This document shows positions 36,424-51,245 of a stretch of DNA of 64,000 nucleotides, one piece after another; positions within the stretch are counted from its first letter, which is position 1, and the number at the start of each line of letters is the position of its first letter. Source of the stretch: Piromyces finnis finn (lineage: Eukaryota > Fungi > Neocallimastigomycota). A program made the position numbers and the translations under genes. The notes beneath the pieces are model-generated. The model saw only the letters and a list, made by a program, of their open reading frames with translations. It searched no databases and was not told the DNA's origin. The stretch lies in NCBI GenBank assembly GCA_002104945.1, contig MCFH01000040.1:1-64000 (forward strand), read 5' to 3'.

Positions 36424-37918
36424 TTAATTGTTCATACCTCGATCTACTATATATATTTCCAAGTTTTCTCTCTTCACTTGGACTTCCAATACTTGAACTA
36501 CTGCTATTTAATTTTAATTTTTCATTTGCCTCTCGCTCGTTCTTCTGACAATATTTTATATATTCTTCACTAAATAGTTATAATAACAGTGATAATACAT
36601 TAATATTAAAAAAATAAAATTCTTTGAAATATTCTTTTCTACATTTTATGTATATTAATTATTTAATATATTTTTACTCTTTTTCAATTTTAAGATTATC
36701 AATTATTGTTTCAGGGAATTTCGATAGATCTACTTTAAAGTTATGTTTCTTTGTTTCTTTAATGATTAAAATAAAAAATATTCTTTAAGTATAATTAATC
36801 AAAACAGATGAAAAACATATACATATATATTATATTTACCATCCTTCTTAAAGAATGATTCATAAACTGAAGTCCAATCACTTAAAGATAATCTTTGAGG
36901 ATTAGTTGCATTACAAGATGGTGGAAGCCCTATCTCATTAAGTGAGTCTGTTCCTGCCATTACTAATATTGGCTTATTATGATCTATCATGTTATTTGGT
37001 GCTGCACTACGATAAATATAGTGGAAAAGAATTTGCTTACACTATATATTTATTTCATATATGTTATGTATTAATTTCAATTTTAATGATTTTTCCATAA
37101 TATACATAACATTTATTATATACCTTTTGTGACATTGATTCGTCATTCGGGTTATAGAATATTAAAGATGAGCCATTTATATGTGCCAAATATCTTAAAA
37201 TTCTACATACAAATTTTTTACTTTCTCTATATTTATCAAATAAAATTTCTATTTAATTAGTAAATCAAAATAATTAAATTCATATATATGTATATGTATA
37301 TACATACGATTCCATATTCTTAAATTTATCATATTTAGATCCTACAATAATGGATGGTATAATTGTTGGATGAATAAATTCTCTTTAAAAATAAAAAAAT
37401 ATATATCTATAGTTAATTATTGAATATTCATTAAATAATTTATGTATTCAATATTTTTTTAATATATTATTTACTTGTCAGGATGATTATTTCCATATTT
37501 TTTCCATGAATAAACTGTTAATGCTTTTGGTCTTCTTGATCCACGTTTTTCTAAATTTTTTAGTAAATAACTAATTCTTGAATTTATTACTTCCATTATT
37601 TCATTATATTCATCAATAATATTCTCTGGCTAGAATATTATTAAAACATTTAATAGTTTTCATTTATAAATGTCATGTGTTAGCAATGTATCTTAATATT
37701 TCTAACTTATTAATCATGATAATCAAATTAACATATTTACTTTCGATAAATCTAAAACAATTACAGCCACTGCATTATTTATGTTATGTTCATTTATTGG
37801 TATTTTGAGAAACTCTTTAAACATTGTTCCATTAGCTAAATTCAATAGTAATTAACATATACATATATATATCAAAAATTTAAAATAGTTATTTTTAATA
37901 TATTATTATTATTATTAC

Positions 37919-38000
<82 letters not shown>

Positions 38001-38787
38001 TTACCTAATTCCCATATATGAAGTGTATCTTTTAACGAGTTTAAACCCTTTGTTCTATTGTTATGTCTATATCTATATAAAGATAAATACGTGATATTAT
38101 TTCATTACATTAGTTTTGAAATATTATTTTATAATTCTTTATATTACAATACTATATTTACGTATATTCTAAAAGAAGGGTACTCGATGAAACATTTGAT
38201 GAATCTTTGAAAAAAAAAAAAATATTCAAAAAAATTATATATATATATATATTATATTTAATTATTTATATTCTTGTTTCTCTTTAAAAACAAATTTATC
38301 ATACTATTGATACTTACTTTTATCAAAAATACTTGATATAAAGGTACTTTTACCACCTTCTGGACTTCCTGATATAAATATTGAACTTTCAATTCCTATA
38401 TCGTTTACTAAACAATATAAATGAAAATTTTAATACAATTTTATTTTAAAATTGTTTAACTATTAATATAATTTTATAACTTTGAATATCAAATAATATT
38501 CAATAGCCATATCTTCTTTTTAACATCTTACATTCTACTTTATTAGCATCCTTCTTTTCTTTTTCTTTTTCTATTTTACATAGTTGCCATAGATTTTTTG
38601 TTGTAATACTTGATTGTGAACTATTAGACTTTTTTTTCTGAAGATGTTTTTTTACTTTTTCATTATCTAAACTTTCCTCACTATTTGATTTACTATTTAA
38701 AGATGGTTCATTTAAAAGTTCATTAACAGATGAATTAGAGTTGCTTGCAGAATTAATACTATTATTACTATGATGATGACTTATCAT
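36424..38787 (-). CDS. DYNC2LI1: Cytoplasmic dynein-2 light intermediate chain 1 (retrograde IFT)
   Basis: P-loop-like IFISGSPEGGKST, plus LLLEYT, HIWELANGT, VIVLDLSKP, IIVGSKYDKF, LRYLAHINGSSLIF and DHNKPILVMAGTDSLNEIGLPP. An alternative terminal mini-exon near 36300-36322 is possible. Confidence 0.88.
37905..38002. repeat. Intronic (ATT)n microsatellite
   Basis: Seen directly. Similar intronic or intergenic tracts at ~34866-34918, ~46474-46530, ~53341-53383, ~54850-54952 and ~61070-61134. Confidence 0.9.
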
Positions 38788-40154
38788 TTTTTATACAAAA
38801 TTTTATTTCTTAATATTTAATAAAAGAGTGAAAATTGTGAAAATTGAAACAATAAAAAAGTTGTAATACTAAATAATTAATAGAATATAAAAAGTATATA
38901 TGCTGACATAAAATTTCATATATATTTAACTTTTAACTGCTTTTCACTAGTAAATTCTATTATATTTTAATAGAGAATATTTATGAAAAGTAGTATTATT
39001 AAAAAAAATTAAAAAACTAGAAGAATGATAAAGTTAATTAAACTTTAATTTAATTAATAACCAAAAATAAAAAAAAAAAAATTTAAAATTTTTCCTAATA
39101 ACAATATAACAATTAAAAAAAATAATCCTTTTTTTAATTAGATTTTTATTATAAAAAGTATTATTATTTTAAAATAGCTTAATAATACTATAAATAATGT
39201 TTTTTTATTATGAGAATTATTCCATTATTCAATAATACATATATGATTATATGCATTCCTTCACACTGGAAAAGACAATAAAAAATATAATATGATTTTA
39301 TTTTATCACTAATTCATCTAATTTATATGTATGCCATCTATTTACTTGCTTCTAATATAATTATATAATTAAAGTTACTTAAAATTTAAAAATGGATTTT
39401 TTAAAATTCTTTCCAATACTTTTACTATTATTATTTTTTTTTAATATATATATTTTAACTGAACTGTTTTAATTTTTTAGTTTATGCCAAATTAAACAAA
39501 CTTATATTAAAATATTAAATGTATTTATTTTCATAAAATTTATTATAATAAATAAAATTTTATAGATAATATACAAAATCAACTAGTAAAAAAAAAAAAA
39601 AAAAAAATTAAAAATATATTATTTTATATATAATAAAACTTAGGCATGATTATTTAATAGTTATTTAAATAATTTATATATATATAATAATATTTCAATA
39701 ATATATAACTATCATATTTTATTAAGTAAAATACTTATTAGATTAGAAAATAATTAGTTTAAACTAAAAAGTTTAAATAATAAGAAAGTTAAAGTTTTAT
39801 TCCTATTTATTTTATTATTTGTTAATATTATAAAAAAATTGTTTTCCACTTTTTTTATATACCTATATAACAATTTATTGTTTTAATTTTTAGTGTTTCT
39901 TTTATCATAAAATATTATTATTATTAATTATTTTCAATACTATATTATATTATTAAATCTACTTTAAAGTATATGTCTGTTTTTAATTATATTAGTTGAA
40001 AAATAATACTTTCAAAAAAATATTATAAAATATATTTATTAATGCTTCAAAAGATATATACAGATAATACATACATACATAGTTAGCTATTAGTATTTTA
40101 ATTGAATTTTTCAAATTTTTTAAAAAAAGAAAAAAAATTTTATATTATTAAAAA

Positions 40155-43100
40155 ATGGAAAATATTAAGAATGCCAATTTAAAAAGTGATGATTTATTGT
40201 TACACTTAGAAAAGTATCTTATATATTTATTACCATTGAATTATTTAAATCATCCTTTTTTATGCACAAATACAGATGGTTCTATAACAAAATTTGATTG
40301 TGAAAATAATAAATTTTTGGAAATTGAAGATAAAATTTATTCAGAAAGTGAAAATCAAAAAGAAAATGAAATGGTTAAATCAAATTGTTTTCTTACCATT
40401 TATACTACTTTAAGTGATATTAAGATGAATGACGATAATTCTGATGAAGGAAAACTTTTAAAAGATAATGGAAATAAATTAAATAGAGAAATTGAAAAAA
40501 CTAAATCAATATCTCTTTTTGAAAATAGTTTTATGAAAGACTTTTTAAAAGATCCAAAAGAAATGATAAAAGAAGCAAAAGATTGGGTTAATCAATTTAT
40601 CAATTTCTATATATATGTTTTAAATTGGGTAAAATATGAAAATCTTTTTAAGAAACATCCTGATATAAACGATAGAATTTTAGCAAGAATAATGGCTTTT
40701 GCATATTCAATTTTAGATAACATTGCAAATCCAGATTTAAATCCAGCATTTCAAAATTTTTATTTAAAAGAAAATCATCAAACAAAGGATGAAAGTGATG
40801 AATCTAAAAATAAATCTTTTCCATTCATGAATGAAGATATACCCTCTTCTTCTTCATTACAATCAAATATGATGGAAATATCATCATTAAATTCAGATAA
40901 TGAAGTAAATAACAGAAATCATCATTCAAATAACTATGCTAATAATATCCCAGTATTACCATCAAATAAAACATCAATCATTAATTTTTATTCTCCTAAA
41001 TTAAAGAATAAAATTTTATTAATTACAAAATTAATAAGAATTTTATCTCGTTATGGTATTTAATTTTATAATTATTGTTCATAAAATATTAACTTTTTTT
41101 TTTCTTTTCTTTTTATAAAACAACTGAATCTGAGTATTATATTTATTAATAATAAACTATAATTTTTATGTAATTTATATTAGAAACAAGTTCACAAATA
41201 ATTGGTAAAAATAGAGGTATTACAATTTTACTTCAAATAATGAAGTTATTTAGTGATTGTATTGAAATTCAAATTGAATGTTCAGCATCTATGGCAAATT
41301 TAGCATCAATAAGTATATATTATAAAATTTATTTAAATTATTATTTAAAGTATATTGAATAAAATGTCATTTATATTAATTTTATAAAATAAAAAAAAAA
41401 CAATTATTTTTTTTTTTAAAATATTTTTATAATAAAAAAAAAAAGCGTCAAATAGAGTAAAAATGTTAGAGGAAGGATGTATTAGTTTAATTTTAGAAAA
41501 TATGAATAAATTTATCGCATCGTCAGATGTTCAAGCAGAAATATGTGCCACTTTAGCTAATCTGGCTTGTCATGGTAATTATGATAATCATACCTTAATA
41601 ATTAGAAATTTAATAATAATATGCATTATTTTTTTCTTTATAAATATGGTAATAAAGATGCAAATGCAAAGTATATTGTTGAAAATGGTGGTTGTGATTA
41701 TATTTTAAGAGCAATGATTACTCATATGGATAAAACAGATTTACAAATTCAAGCATTCCATTCTCTCTCAAGTCTATGTAAATATGGAAAGGAAGAAATG
41801 GAAAAAGATCGTTTTATGCAAGTCATTAAAACATCTATTATAAAACATCAAAATTCTGTTGATTTAATGGTTTCAGCATGTAATGCTTTAGGATTAATGG
41901 CTCTCTCAGGTAACTTAGTCATTTATATATTCATTTTGAAAAGTTATAAAAAAATATTAATACCTTTTTTTTCATTTCTCTTATTTTTAATTATATTAAA
42001 TTTAAATGTAGGAATGAAAATGACTTCATGTAAAGGAACGATTTTAGTAATAATTCTAAAATCATTAAAAAGATATGAAAATCATCAAATTTTCCAAATA
42101 ACAGCATTCTTTTCTTTATCTCATTTATTATGTATACATGGTAAAAAAAATAAAAAAAAAATTATAAACTTCTTTAATAATATAATACCGAATTCAATAT
42201 ATTGAAGAATAACATTTTAAATAATATTTATTTTAAAAATTGTATAAAATTTATAGATAGCAATAAAGATTCAGTAAATTCAGAAATCATAACAAAATAT
42301 AAAGGTGTAGAGTTAATATTAAATGCTATGAAACGTTTCCCATATCATATATCATTACAAACAACTGGTAATTCATATAAATAATTAAATTTTTTTGAAA
42401 AAAAGGGAAGAATTATACTAACCTATATATTAATTTAATTTATAAGCTTGTTTTGCCTTGGAATCAATAATAATAAATCATGGTAAGTTTAAATAAATTA
42501 AGTTAAGAAATTTTATTAAAATAATACGTTATTATTAATGATAAATATTTATTGGTAATTATAGATAATCACAGAAAAGAATTTTTAGAACTTAATGGAA
42601 TTGATATTATTCTAAATGTTATGAGATTTGATTTTTCATTACTCAAAAAAAGAAGTAATTATTTCATTAATCCTTTTTTTTTCATTTTAGAATAGTATAT
42701 TTTTTAAATGATATTATAATATTTCAAAAATTTTATTAACATTTATAATAAATTATATTACTATGTTAAAAAAGGATCCTATTTTGAGGATAATAAAAAT
42801 GAAATTGTTGATACCATAGATGAGAATGAAAATATTGATGTTAGTATAACTCTGGACCTTGAATCTTCTTCAGAATCATTATTCTATTCAAAATATAAAG
42901 ATAACTCTTTCCATTCATTTTCTAAAGAACTTTTATTACAACTCTTTGGATCTGTTGCATTATTAAATGCATCTGATAATAGTAAGCAGTAGATTTATTT
43001 ATATTAGTTTTTATTAATATTTAAAATTTTAAAAAAAAAAAACTAAAATTTATTTATTTCTAAATTTCTTAAATTTAGAGCAATGTAAAGAAATGATAAT

Positions 43101-44456
43101 TAAAAAAGGATGTCTTCATTATATATATTTAGCATCTAAAAAAGTTGCTAATTGTAATGATTTATGGCTTGTTCTTTATTATGTTTTCACAAGATTTTCA
43201 AATAACAATGAAAGTATGTAAATAATAATATTAATTATATAAATGATTAAAAATTAATTACTAATTTTATTAAATATTATTAAAAATTTATATTATTAAA
43301 ACTTGACATTATTATTATCTTAAAAAATTAATTAGATTCTGACATAAAATCAATTTATATGAAACCATATGGAGTGCCATCATTGCAGGAGTTATGTTCA
43401 AGAAAGATTATCAATAATTATACCCAAAGTACCTTTAAACAAAATAGTTTAAAGAATTATGATTCCCAAAAAACATTAATTGATAAAAATTCAAATATGA
43501 ATCTTTCTGGTGTAAGTTCATCTTCTTCACTCAATATTGATATTGATGAATTAAACATTAATCATAATAATAGTAATGAAAATGTTAATTTAGTGCTGGT
43601 AGATGAAGTTAATCATAATGTAACAATTATACCATCAGAAAACAATCAAATTAATAATGATTCTTCATTGTCTATATCATCATCATCATCAACAATATCA
43701 TATATATCTTCAAATAACGAGGATAATTCAAATAGTAATATTGAAGATGGTATTAATGAATTAGAAATTGTAGGGGATGATATAAATGAAGTAAATAATG
43801 AAGAAAGAGAGGTAGAAGAAGCAACATGGTTTAACAATCCATTATATGATAATAACAATAATAACAATAATAATAATAGTGATAATAACCAAAATATGAA
43901 TGTTGAACAAGAAAACCATATAATTCAGGATGAAAATGATAATATGATTGATAGTGATGATGAAAGTGAAAACATGAATGATAGTGACAATGATAATTTT
44001 ATGGATGAATTAAATAGCGATGTAGAAATGAATGATGTTAATAATGAAGATGAAAATGAAAATAGAAATGATGAATTTTTAAAAAAAATGGTACATAACT
44101 CTCCATTAATAGATGAAATTAAAACTGAAAAATGGAAACAAAATGAAGAAAAATATATTAATTCATTACCACTTTCAAGTAATGTTCAGGATTATCTTTT
44201 ATCTCATGAATATTGTTGTATTTGTGGAAATGCATGTTTTGAAAACAGCATAAGACTTTACACTATAAATCGTAAAAAGAATTGTAATTTAATATATATT
44301 TGTAGTAAAGAATGTGCTAAAAAAGATTTACTTTTCGACAAGAGAGTCTTTTATTATGTATACCCTGAAACAGCAGAAAAATGGTGGTATGAAAAGCAAA
44401 TTGAAATTTTAAAGAACAAAAAATTGGAAAAATCAGAGACTAAAGCAGTGAGTTAA
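40155..44456 (+). CDS. Armadillo-repeat protein with a C-terminal split SOCS-box-like motif and Cys cluster
   Basis: About 11 exons; the first three and the last junctions were checked for frame. ARM-like repeats: GITILLQIMKLFSDCIEIQIECSASMANLAS, GCISLILENMNKFIASSDVQAEICATLANLAC, GCDYILRAMITHMDKTDLQIQAFHSLSSLC and GVELILNAMKRFPYHISLQTT. The final exon carries VPSLQELCSRKII, SLPLSSNVQDYLL and CCICGNAC...CSKEC. Confidence 0.82.
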
Positions 44457-45549
44457 AATATGAAAAATTAAAATTTCGATTATTTCCATTAAAAATTGAA
44501 TTGTTGTTGTAATAAAAAGTAAAAAAAAGAAAAAAAAAAAAGAAAAAATATATATATATATATAATTACATAAGAATGATATAATAGAAAAATATGATTA
44601 TAAGTATAATAATAAATTAGTATTAATAGTAAAATATGAAAGATTCATAAATTATAATAAATATAATGATATTGATATTATTATATTATAATTAAAATCT
44701 AGTTAATAGCATTAATATATTTTTTAATTTCATTTTCTTCGAGCATTTGTAAATTTAATGTAATTAATTATCTTTAATATATATCAATAAAGAAAAGTTG
44801 TTTTTTTTTTTATAATAAATTTTTTCCTATTCATAAATGTTACATTTCTTAAAATAATATATAATAAAATAATATATAATAAAGTTAATTATAAAATTTA
44901 AAATTATTTACAATAATAAAAATAGAAGAGATTAATTTATTAAATATATATTAATTCAAATATATATATTTTCTATCATCTTTTTTTCTTAAAAATAAAA
45001 CTTATTAAAGGGTAGTACATCTACATTAAACATAACCATTATATAAGTTATCTTGAGAAGAAGTATTGATTAAAAAGTACCTATTTTTATTTTGATAATT
45101 GATAATAGTAATAATAATAATAAAAAAAAAGCGACAATTATTATTTTTATTTATTTAAATAGAGAAATACTTTTATCTACAAAATATAAATTATTTTTAA
45201 ACAAATTTCAAATTAATTTCATTTGAGAAGGCAAAAATAAAAAAACATGGATTTATAATAATATGAAAACAAAGTTATTTCATGATTACATTAATAAATG
45301 AATATATATATTCTTTCATTATAATATAAAATATTTATTATTAATTATCAATTTCCTATATTACATAATTGCTCATTAGTAATTTATAATATTTCAGTAA
45401 TAATATCAGAAGATTACTTTTAAAATTAAAACTTCAAATTTCAATAAAATAACAATAAATAAATTAATATATAATGATTATATTAACAGAATTAACCTTT
45501 TATTATTTTTTAACTCTTTTTCTTTTTTATTATTATTAAATTTAAAGAA

Positions 45550-46477
45550 ATGTCTGATAACGAAGAAGATATTCAAAATACCAATAAGGTATCTTTTTAA
45601 AAAAAAGAAAATAAGAAGAAAAATTAAAATTTCAATTTTAAAATAACAAAATAATATTAGAAAACAGTATGAAAAGTATGATAATTCTAATTCTAATTTA
45701 TATTTTTATTAAATTTATTAAAAGGATTATGATGAAGATGATCTTTTCGGAGGAAATGTAGAAGATGATTATAAACTTGATTTATCTGATGGTAATAATA
45801 AAAAAATATATTTAAGAAATTTATAAATTAATAAATAAAATCATAGTACAAAAATGTATAATTAAATTTTTATAATATTGATGTATGTTGTGCCATATTT
45901 AACAAATTTTAAAATCTCGTTTCATATAATATAAAATAATAGATGAAGATGAAAAAACTCAATCGAGAGTAAGAAGAAGAGACGATTATGATGAGTTAGT
46001 ATAATAATAAAGAAAAAAATAATAATAATAATTGAAATTGAAGTTAAAATTTAAAAAGAATAAATTATTAAAAATTCACTATATTTAAATTATTTCCGAA
46101 TAATAATAAAATATTAAGCGATAAGCCAAGTAAAAGAAAAAGAGAAGATGATAGTGATGATGAAAGACCATTAAATCCTGATTCCAAAGAAGGTATACTT
46201 TATTATTTTTAAAAAGATTTTGATAAAGATTAAGTCATTAACATTTTATTATTTAAATTTTATAGCTCGTATAGAAGAAGCAAGAAAAGATTTCGAAGCA
46301 GCTTTAAGTGCTTTAAAACCACATAGAACAAAAAAATATGATGGAATGGATGCTGTATATATTAATAAATATTATTTTTACAACTTTATCAATAAATAAA
46401 GTATTTAAATTATTTTTATATTATAATTTTATTATAAATAACAGGAAGTAGATGAAATGATTTCCAGAGTATGTATA

Positions 46478-46531
<54 letters not shown>

Positions 46532-48236
46532 TTGATGTACTTATTAATAAACATCTATTATATCAATTATTATTTTTATATTAATTTGGTATTTTTTTTT
46601 CTATACAAATAATTAAAAAAGATAAGAGAAAAAATGGAAGATGCTGCTATTCAAGATATTCAATTCAATAGTAATAAACAACCAGCCATTGCTAAATTAA
46701 GATTACTTCCATCAGTTATATCTCAATTAGAAAAGTAAATGATAATATTTAATAATATTTTCTTTTTGAATAACAAGATCTAACATAAATATTATAATAT
46801 AAAAATTGAATCATTATTATTTTTTCATTTTTGTAAAGATCTCATTTACACGAACAATTCTTACAGAATGATATTTTAAAGGGAATGAAGGCTTGGCTTG
46901 AACCTTTACCAGATGGTTCTTTACCATCTCTTGATATTCAAAAAGCTATGTTTAATATGTTAGATAAAGTAAATTTTTAATTTTAAATAGTTTTTAAATA
47001 TTAAAAATATATATATTCATCTTAATTTTTTTTTTTTTTTATTTATTTTGTTAACAATTTAATTTATATAATTCTATTAAACAATATATATATAAATACA
47101 TATATAGATGCCAGTATCAACTCAAGAGTAAATTTACTGATATTATTACTAAATAATTAAATTGTTGATTAATGATAAAATATAATATTAAAAATTATTT
47201 AAATTCTTTTTTTTTTTTTTTTCATCAGTTTAACTGTTAGTGGTATTGGAAGAGTATTACCATTCTATTCTAAGTGTTCAAGAGTTATACCAGAAATTAA
47301 AAGAGCTGCTGATAATTTAATAAGTAAATATCTACTTTTTTTTTTTTTTTTGTTTAAAAAAATATACATATAAACATTACAGTTGTTTATATCATAGTAG
47401 TTGTTGTTATTGGAAATATTATCATTTTAATATTAATTAGAATTAGTAATTAATAATTTTTAAATAAAAATATTTTATAATTCAATAGCAAAATGGTCTA
47501 GACCAATTCTTAATAGAAGTGATAACTACAGAACAAAACAATTTAATACAGTTGATTATATTCCAAATGAAAAGTATGTTAGATATAAAAAAGATAATCT
47601 AAATATAATATTAATAGTAATAAGATATGCGAACAATTCATTTATTCATAAATTTTATTAAATAGCAAAAGCACTCAAAAACAACATGTATCACTCACTT
47701 CTGTAAATTCACTTGATGTCTTAAAGCAAAAGTAAATAATAATATTTTTTTTAAAAAAAAAAGTTATATAGTGCAAGAATAATAAATTATCGAACCCTTT
47801 TATAAATTTAAATTATTTATAGACCTGAATCAGATGATAATCGTTACAGAGCTAGAATTCCACAAGCTGTCGCATCAAATTACCAAGTAGCCCCAAGAGC
47901 TACAATCTTAAATGTTGAAAAAAGAAAGGTAAATTTATTAGATATGCAGATATTTTAAATATATAGAACATATATATTTAAATATAATATTTTAATATAT
48001 ATTTAGCCATCTGAAAGAATGAAGAGACTTAAGGGTAGGTTCCAAAAGAAAAGTGGATCAAGGCCAGGATCAAAGGTAAAATAAATAAAAAATATATTTT
48101 TATTTATTTATTTATTTATTATTTTCTATTGTTTAAGAGATAAATATCTATTTCTTTATATTTACTATCTTTTTTTTTTTAAAAAAAAAAATTAAATATT
48201 TATTAGGTTTCAATTGATGGAAAACGTACAATTTAA
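45550..48236 (+). CDS. IWS1: Transcription elongation factor IWS1/Spn1
   Basis: Acidic N-terminus, plus [45 protein letters not shown] and RARIPQA. ATG at 45550, stop at 48234-48236. Confidence 0.93.
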
Positions 48237-48719
48237 TTTAAAGCTATACCATTCCCATATAATTCATATTTTTTTTAATATTTGTTTTAATAATATATTT
48301 TATAAATAAAAATTCTTATATAACTTTAAAAAAAAAAATAAGAAAATAAAAATAAGAAAAATTTTCACATTAAATATTATATAATTAATGTTTTTTAAAT
48401 ATTCTATTTTTTATTATAGTTTAGATTTTTAGAAAGGGTTTTTTATTTATATTTGTATATATATTTTGTTATTTAATCATAATTTATTTATTTATTTTTT
48501 AATTTTATTTTCATTATTGTGTTATTATTAGCTATTAATAATATTATTATTATTATCAAATGTTATATATAGTTGTTTATATATATTAAATGATGTTAAA
48601 AGAATTACAAAAATTATAATTTCTATATATATATTCCATATTTATTGGAAGGTAATAATTATTTGCTTTATTGTAATTGAATTAATTTATGATTAATTGT
48701 CTCTTTTTTTAATATTTAC

Positions 48720-50409
48720 TTATTCACCAATTTTTGCTGGTTGAGTAACTTGGTATGAAGAAGATGGTTGTATTTTATTTTCTTTTTCACATGCTAATAA
48801 CCATTGTCCATTTACAATTGGAATATTTAATTGAGTTGCTTTAACATACTTTGGACCTTCTGTACGAGAACAAATGAAATGAGTATTATCACCATCAACA
48901 TCATCAGTAAATGAAGCGCTCATTCTATGAAGTGATTCAATTAATGGAACAATTTCATCATCATTATCAAATGCACCGAAACAAACTCTAATACCAGTTA
49001 AGTTATCAATAGCATGAGTTCTTACTTTTTCAATGTTACTCTTTAAACGACCACCGGTAGTTCTTATTTCAATATGGAAGTCATATTCAGTATCCATTTC
49101 TTTATTTGTTGAGTATATATGAATAATTCATTATTAAATAATTTTTAATAAATTTATATTAACATTTTTTATTCTTTTACTATTAAATTTTTTTATATTT
49201 TGTACTTTCTGTAATATAAAGCATTATCTATACAAAATTATAAAGATATATTATATATTACCTAAACCACTAATTTTAACCTTAGTATCAGATAAACGTC
49301 TTGCTTGAATTCTTTGACCATTTTTAAATATATCAATTTCTTTTAATTCAACTGAATTTAAAACTAAAGGTTCCCATTCTAAGGCAACCCAAGTTTGAGT
49401 AATATGATAAATTTTAATAACTGGATTTTCTGGTGGTTTTGAAAATTCTTGGTAAATTTTGTCTTCTAATTCCATGAATTCCCTTTTTTTTTTATTTTCT
49501 TCTTCAATATCACGATTAATTGTAATATTAACAATAGATCCTGATGTAACACCCTCTAGTATATTTATATATTAACAATTATTAGCAATTAATTGATAAA
49601 ACATCTGAAATAGTATAAATTAATTATTTGAATAATTAAACAAACCAGGTAAAATAGTGGCTGGGAATTCTATTAAATGATGATCTGGTGAAAGTAATAA
49701 GGCTATTATTATAAATACATATATATATATATCTTAGTATATTTATATTTTTAAATTTGGATTTATCAATTACATTTAACAAATAAATAAAAATAAGGCG
49801 CTCTGAAAAAAATATATATGTTGTGTTCATTTATTTATTTATTTCACAGAAATTCTATTATTGTCAATATATATAAATACAAAGTTTTTTTTTTTTTAAC
49901 AAAGATTATTCATTTAATATTATTTTCCATTGTTTATTTGTATGTTTATGTATTATTTATTTTTATATTATGCCTATTGTTATTTTAATAATTCAATAAT
50001 TTATAATTTGTATAAATTAATTGAATTTTCTCCAATTTTATTTTTATGAAGTAAACACGTTATAGAAAATTTTTATTTTTCTTTACTTTTTTTTTTTTTT
50101 TTACTTGGAATTTTTAAAAAATTATTAAAGAATTATTATTTTTTCAATAGTGATGATATTGTTTTAAAATGTTGTTTGTACCCAGTTTAGAATGTTAACA
50201 ATTTTTAAATCTATAATTATTATTTCCTTTTTCTTTCTTCTTTCTTTCTTTTTTTTATTTATATATATATATATATACTTCAAATGTTTAAAATATAAAT
50301 AAACAAATTATGTTGAATAATAATTAATTTGACTTTTGTTTTGAAATGTACCCATGCCAGCATCAAGTTTACCAACAGTAAATTGGAATTTGGAATTATT
50401 TTTATTCAT
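48720..50409 (-). CDS. CHS5: Exomer core subunit Chs5 (CHS5 N-terminus, FN3 and BRCT)
   Basis: [82 protein letters not shown], THFIC and IPIVNGQWLLAC. Confidence 0.93.
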
Positions 50410-51245
50410 GTACATTTTTATTATTATTTTATATTATTGAAGTTAATTATAAAAGTAAATTGAATGACTAAGTTTAGTTTAAACAAAATAAATTTTATAA
50501 ATAATTTTATTTATTCTTTATAAAATACTATTAAATAATAAAATTTTTTAAAAAAAATTAAAACAAAAAATAATTTTAAAGTTTTTATATTTTAAAGTTT
50601 ACTTATTTTTGAATTTTTCTGTAACCAAGAATTTATGGATTTATTATTGATTATTGTAATATAAAAGGAAATAAATTTTATTGTAATATAAAAAAAAAAA
50701 AAGAAACATAATAATAAAAGAAATAAAAAAAAAAAAAGGTTTTTGAAATACTTTTTAATATTTTTATATGAGTTATTGTTGATAAAATAATATTAATTAA
50801 AATAGTTATTTAATATAAAATAAAATATTAAGGCATTCTATAATATTATATTACATTACTTTATTTTCAAAGTATAAAATAATTTTACAACTTTTATTAA
50901 TATAATTAGTTATGAAATGTGTAACATTACATTTTTCCAAAAGAATGAGTTTTAAAAAAATAGATAGTTTAATAAAAAAAAAAAAATAGGTATTACATAT
51001 ATACTATCTTTTTTTTTTCATAAAAATAAAGTAATTATATTAAAATTATATGGTATATTATATAAAAAGTACGTTTAATAAAGAATAAATACTTTAGAAA
51101 GTATTAAAAATGATAAACTCATATTATAAAATATATTTTCTAATTTAGATAATGAAGATAATGATAATGAAAACAAAACAAAACAAAACAAAACAAAAAA
51201 AAAAAGCCAAAAATATTTACTCAAAATAAATGTTATGTGTATAAT

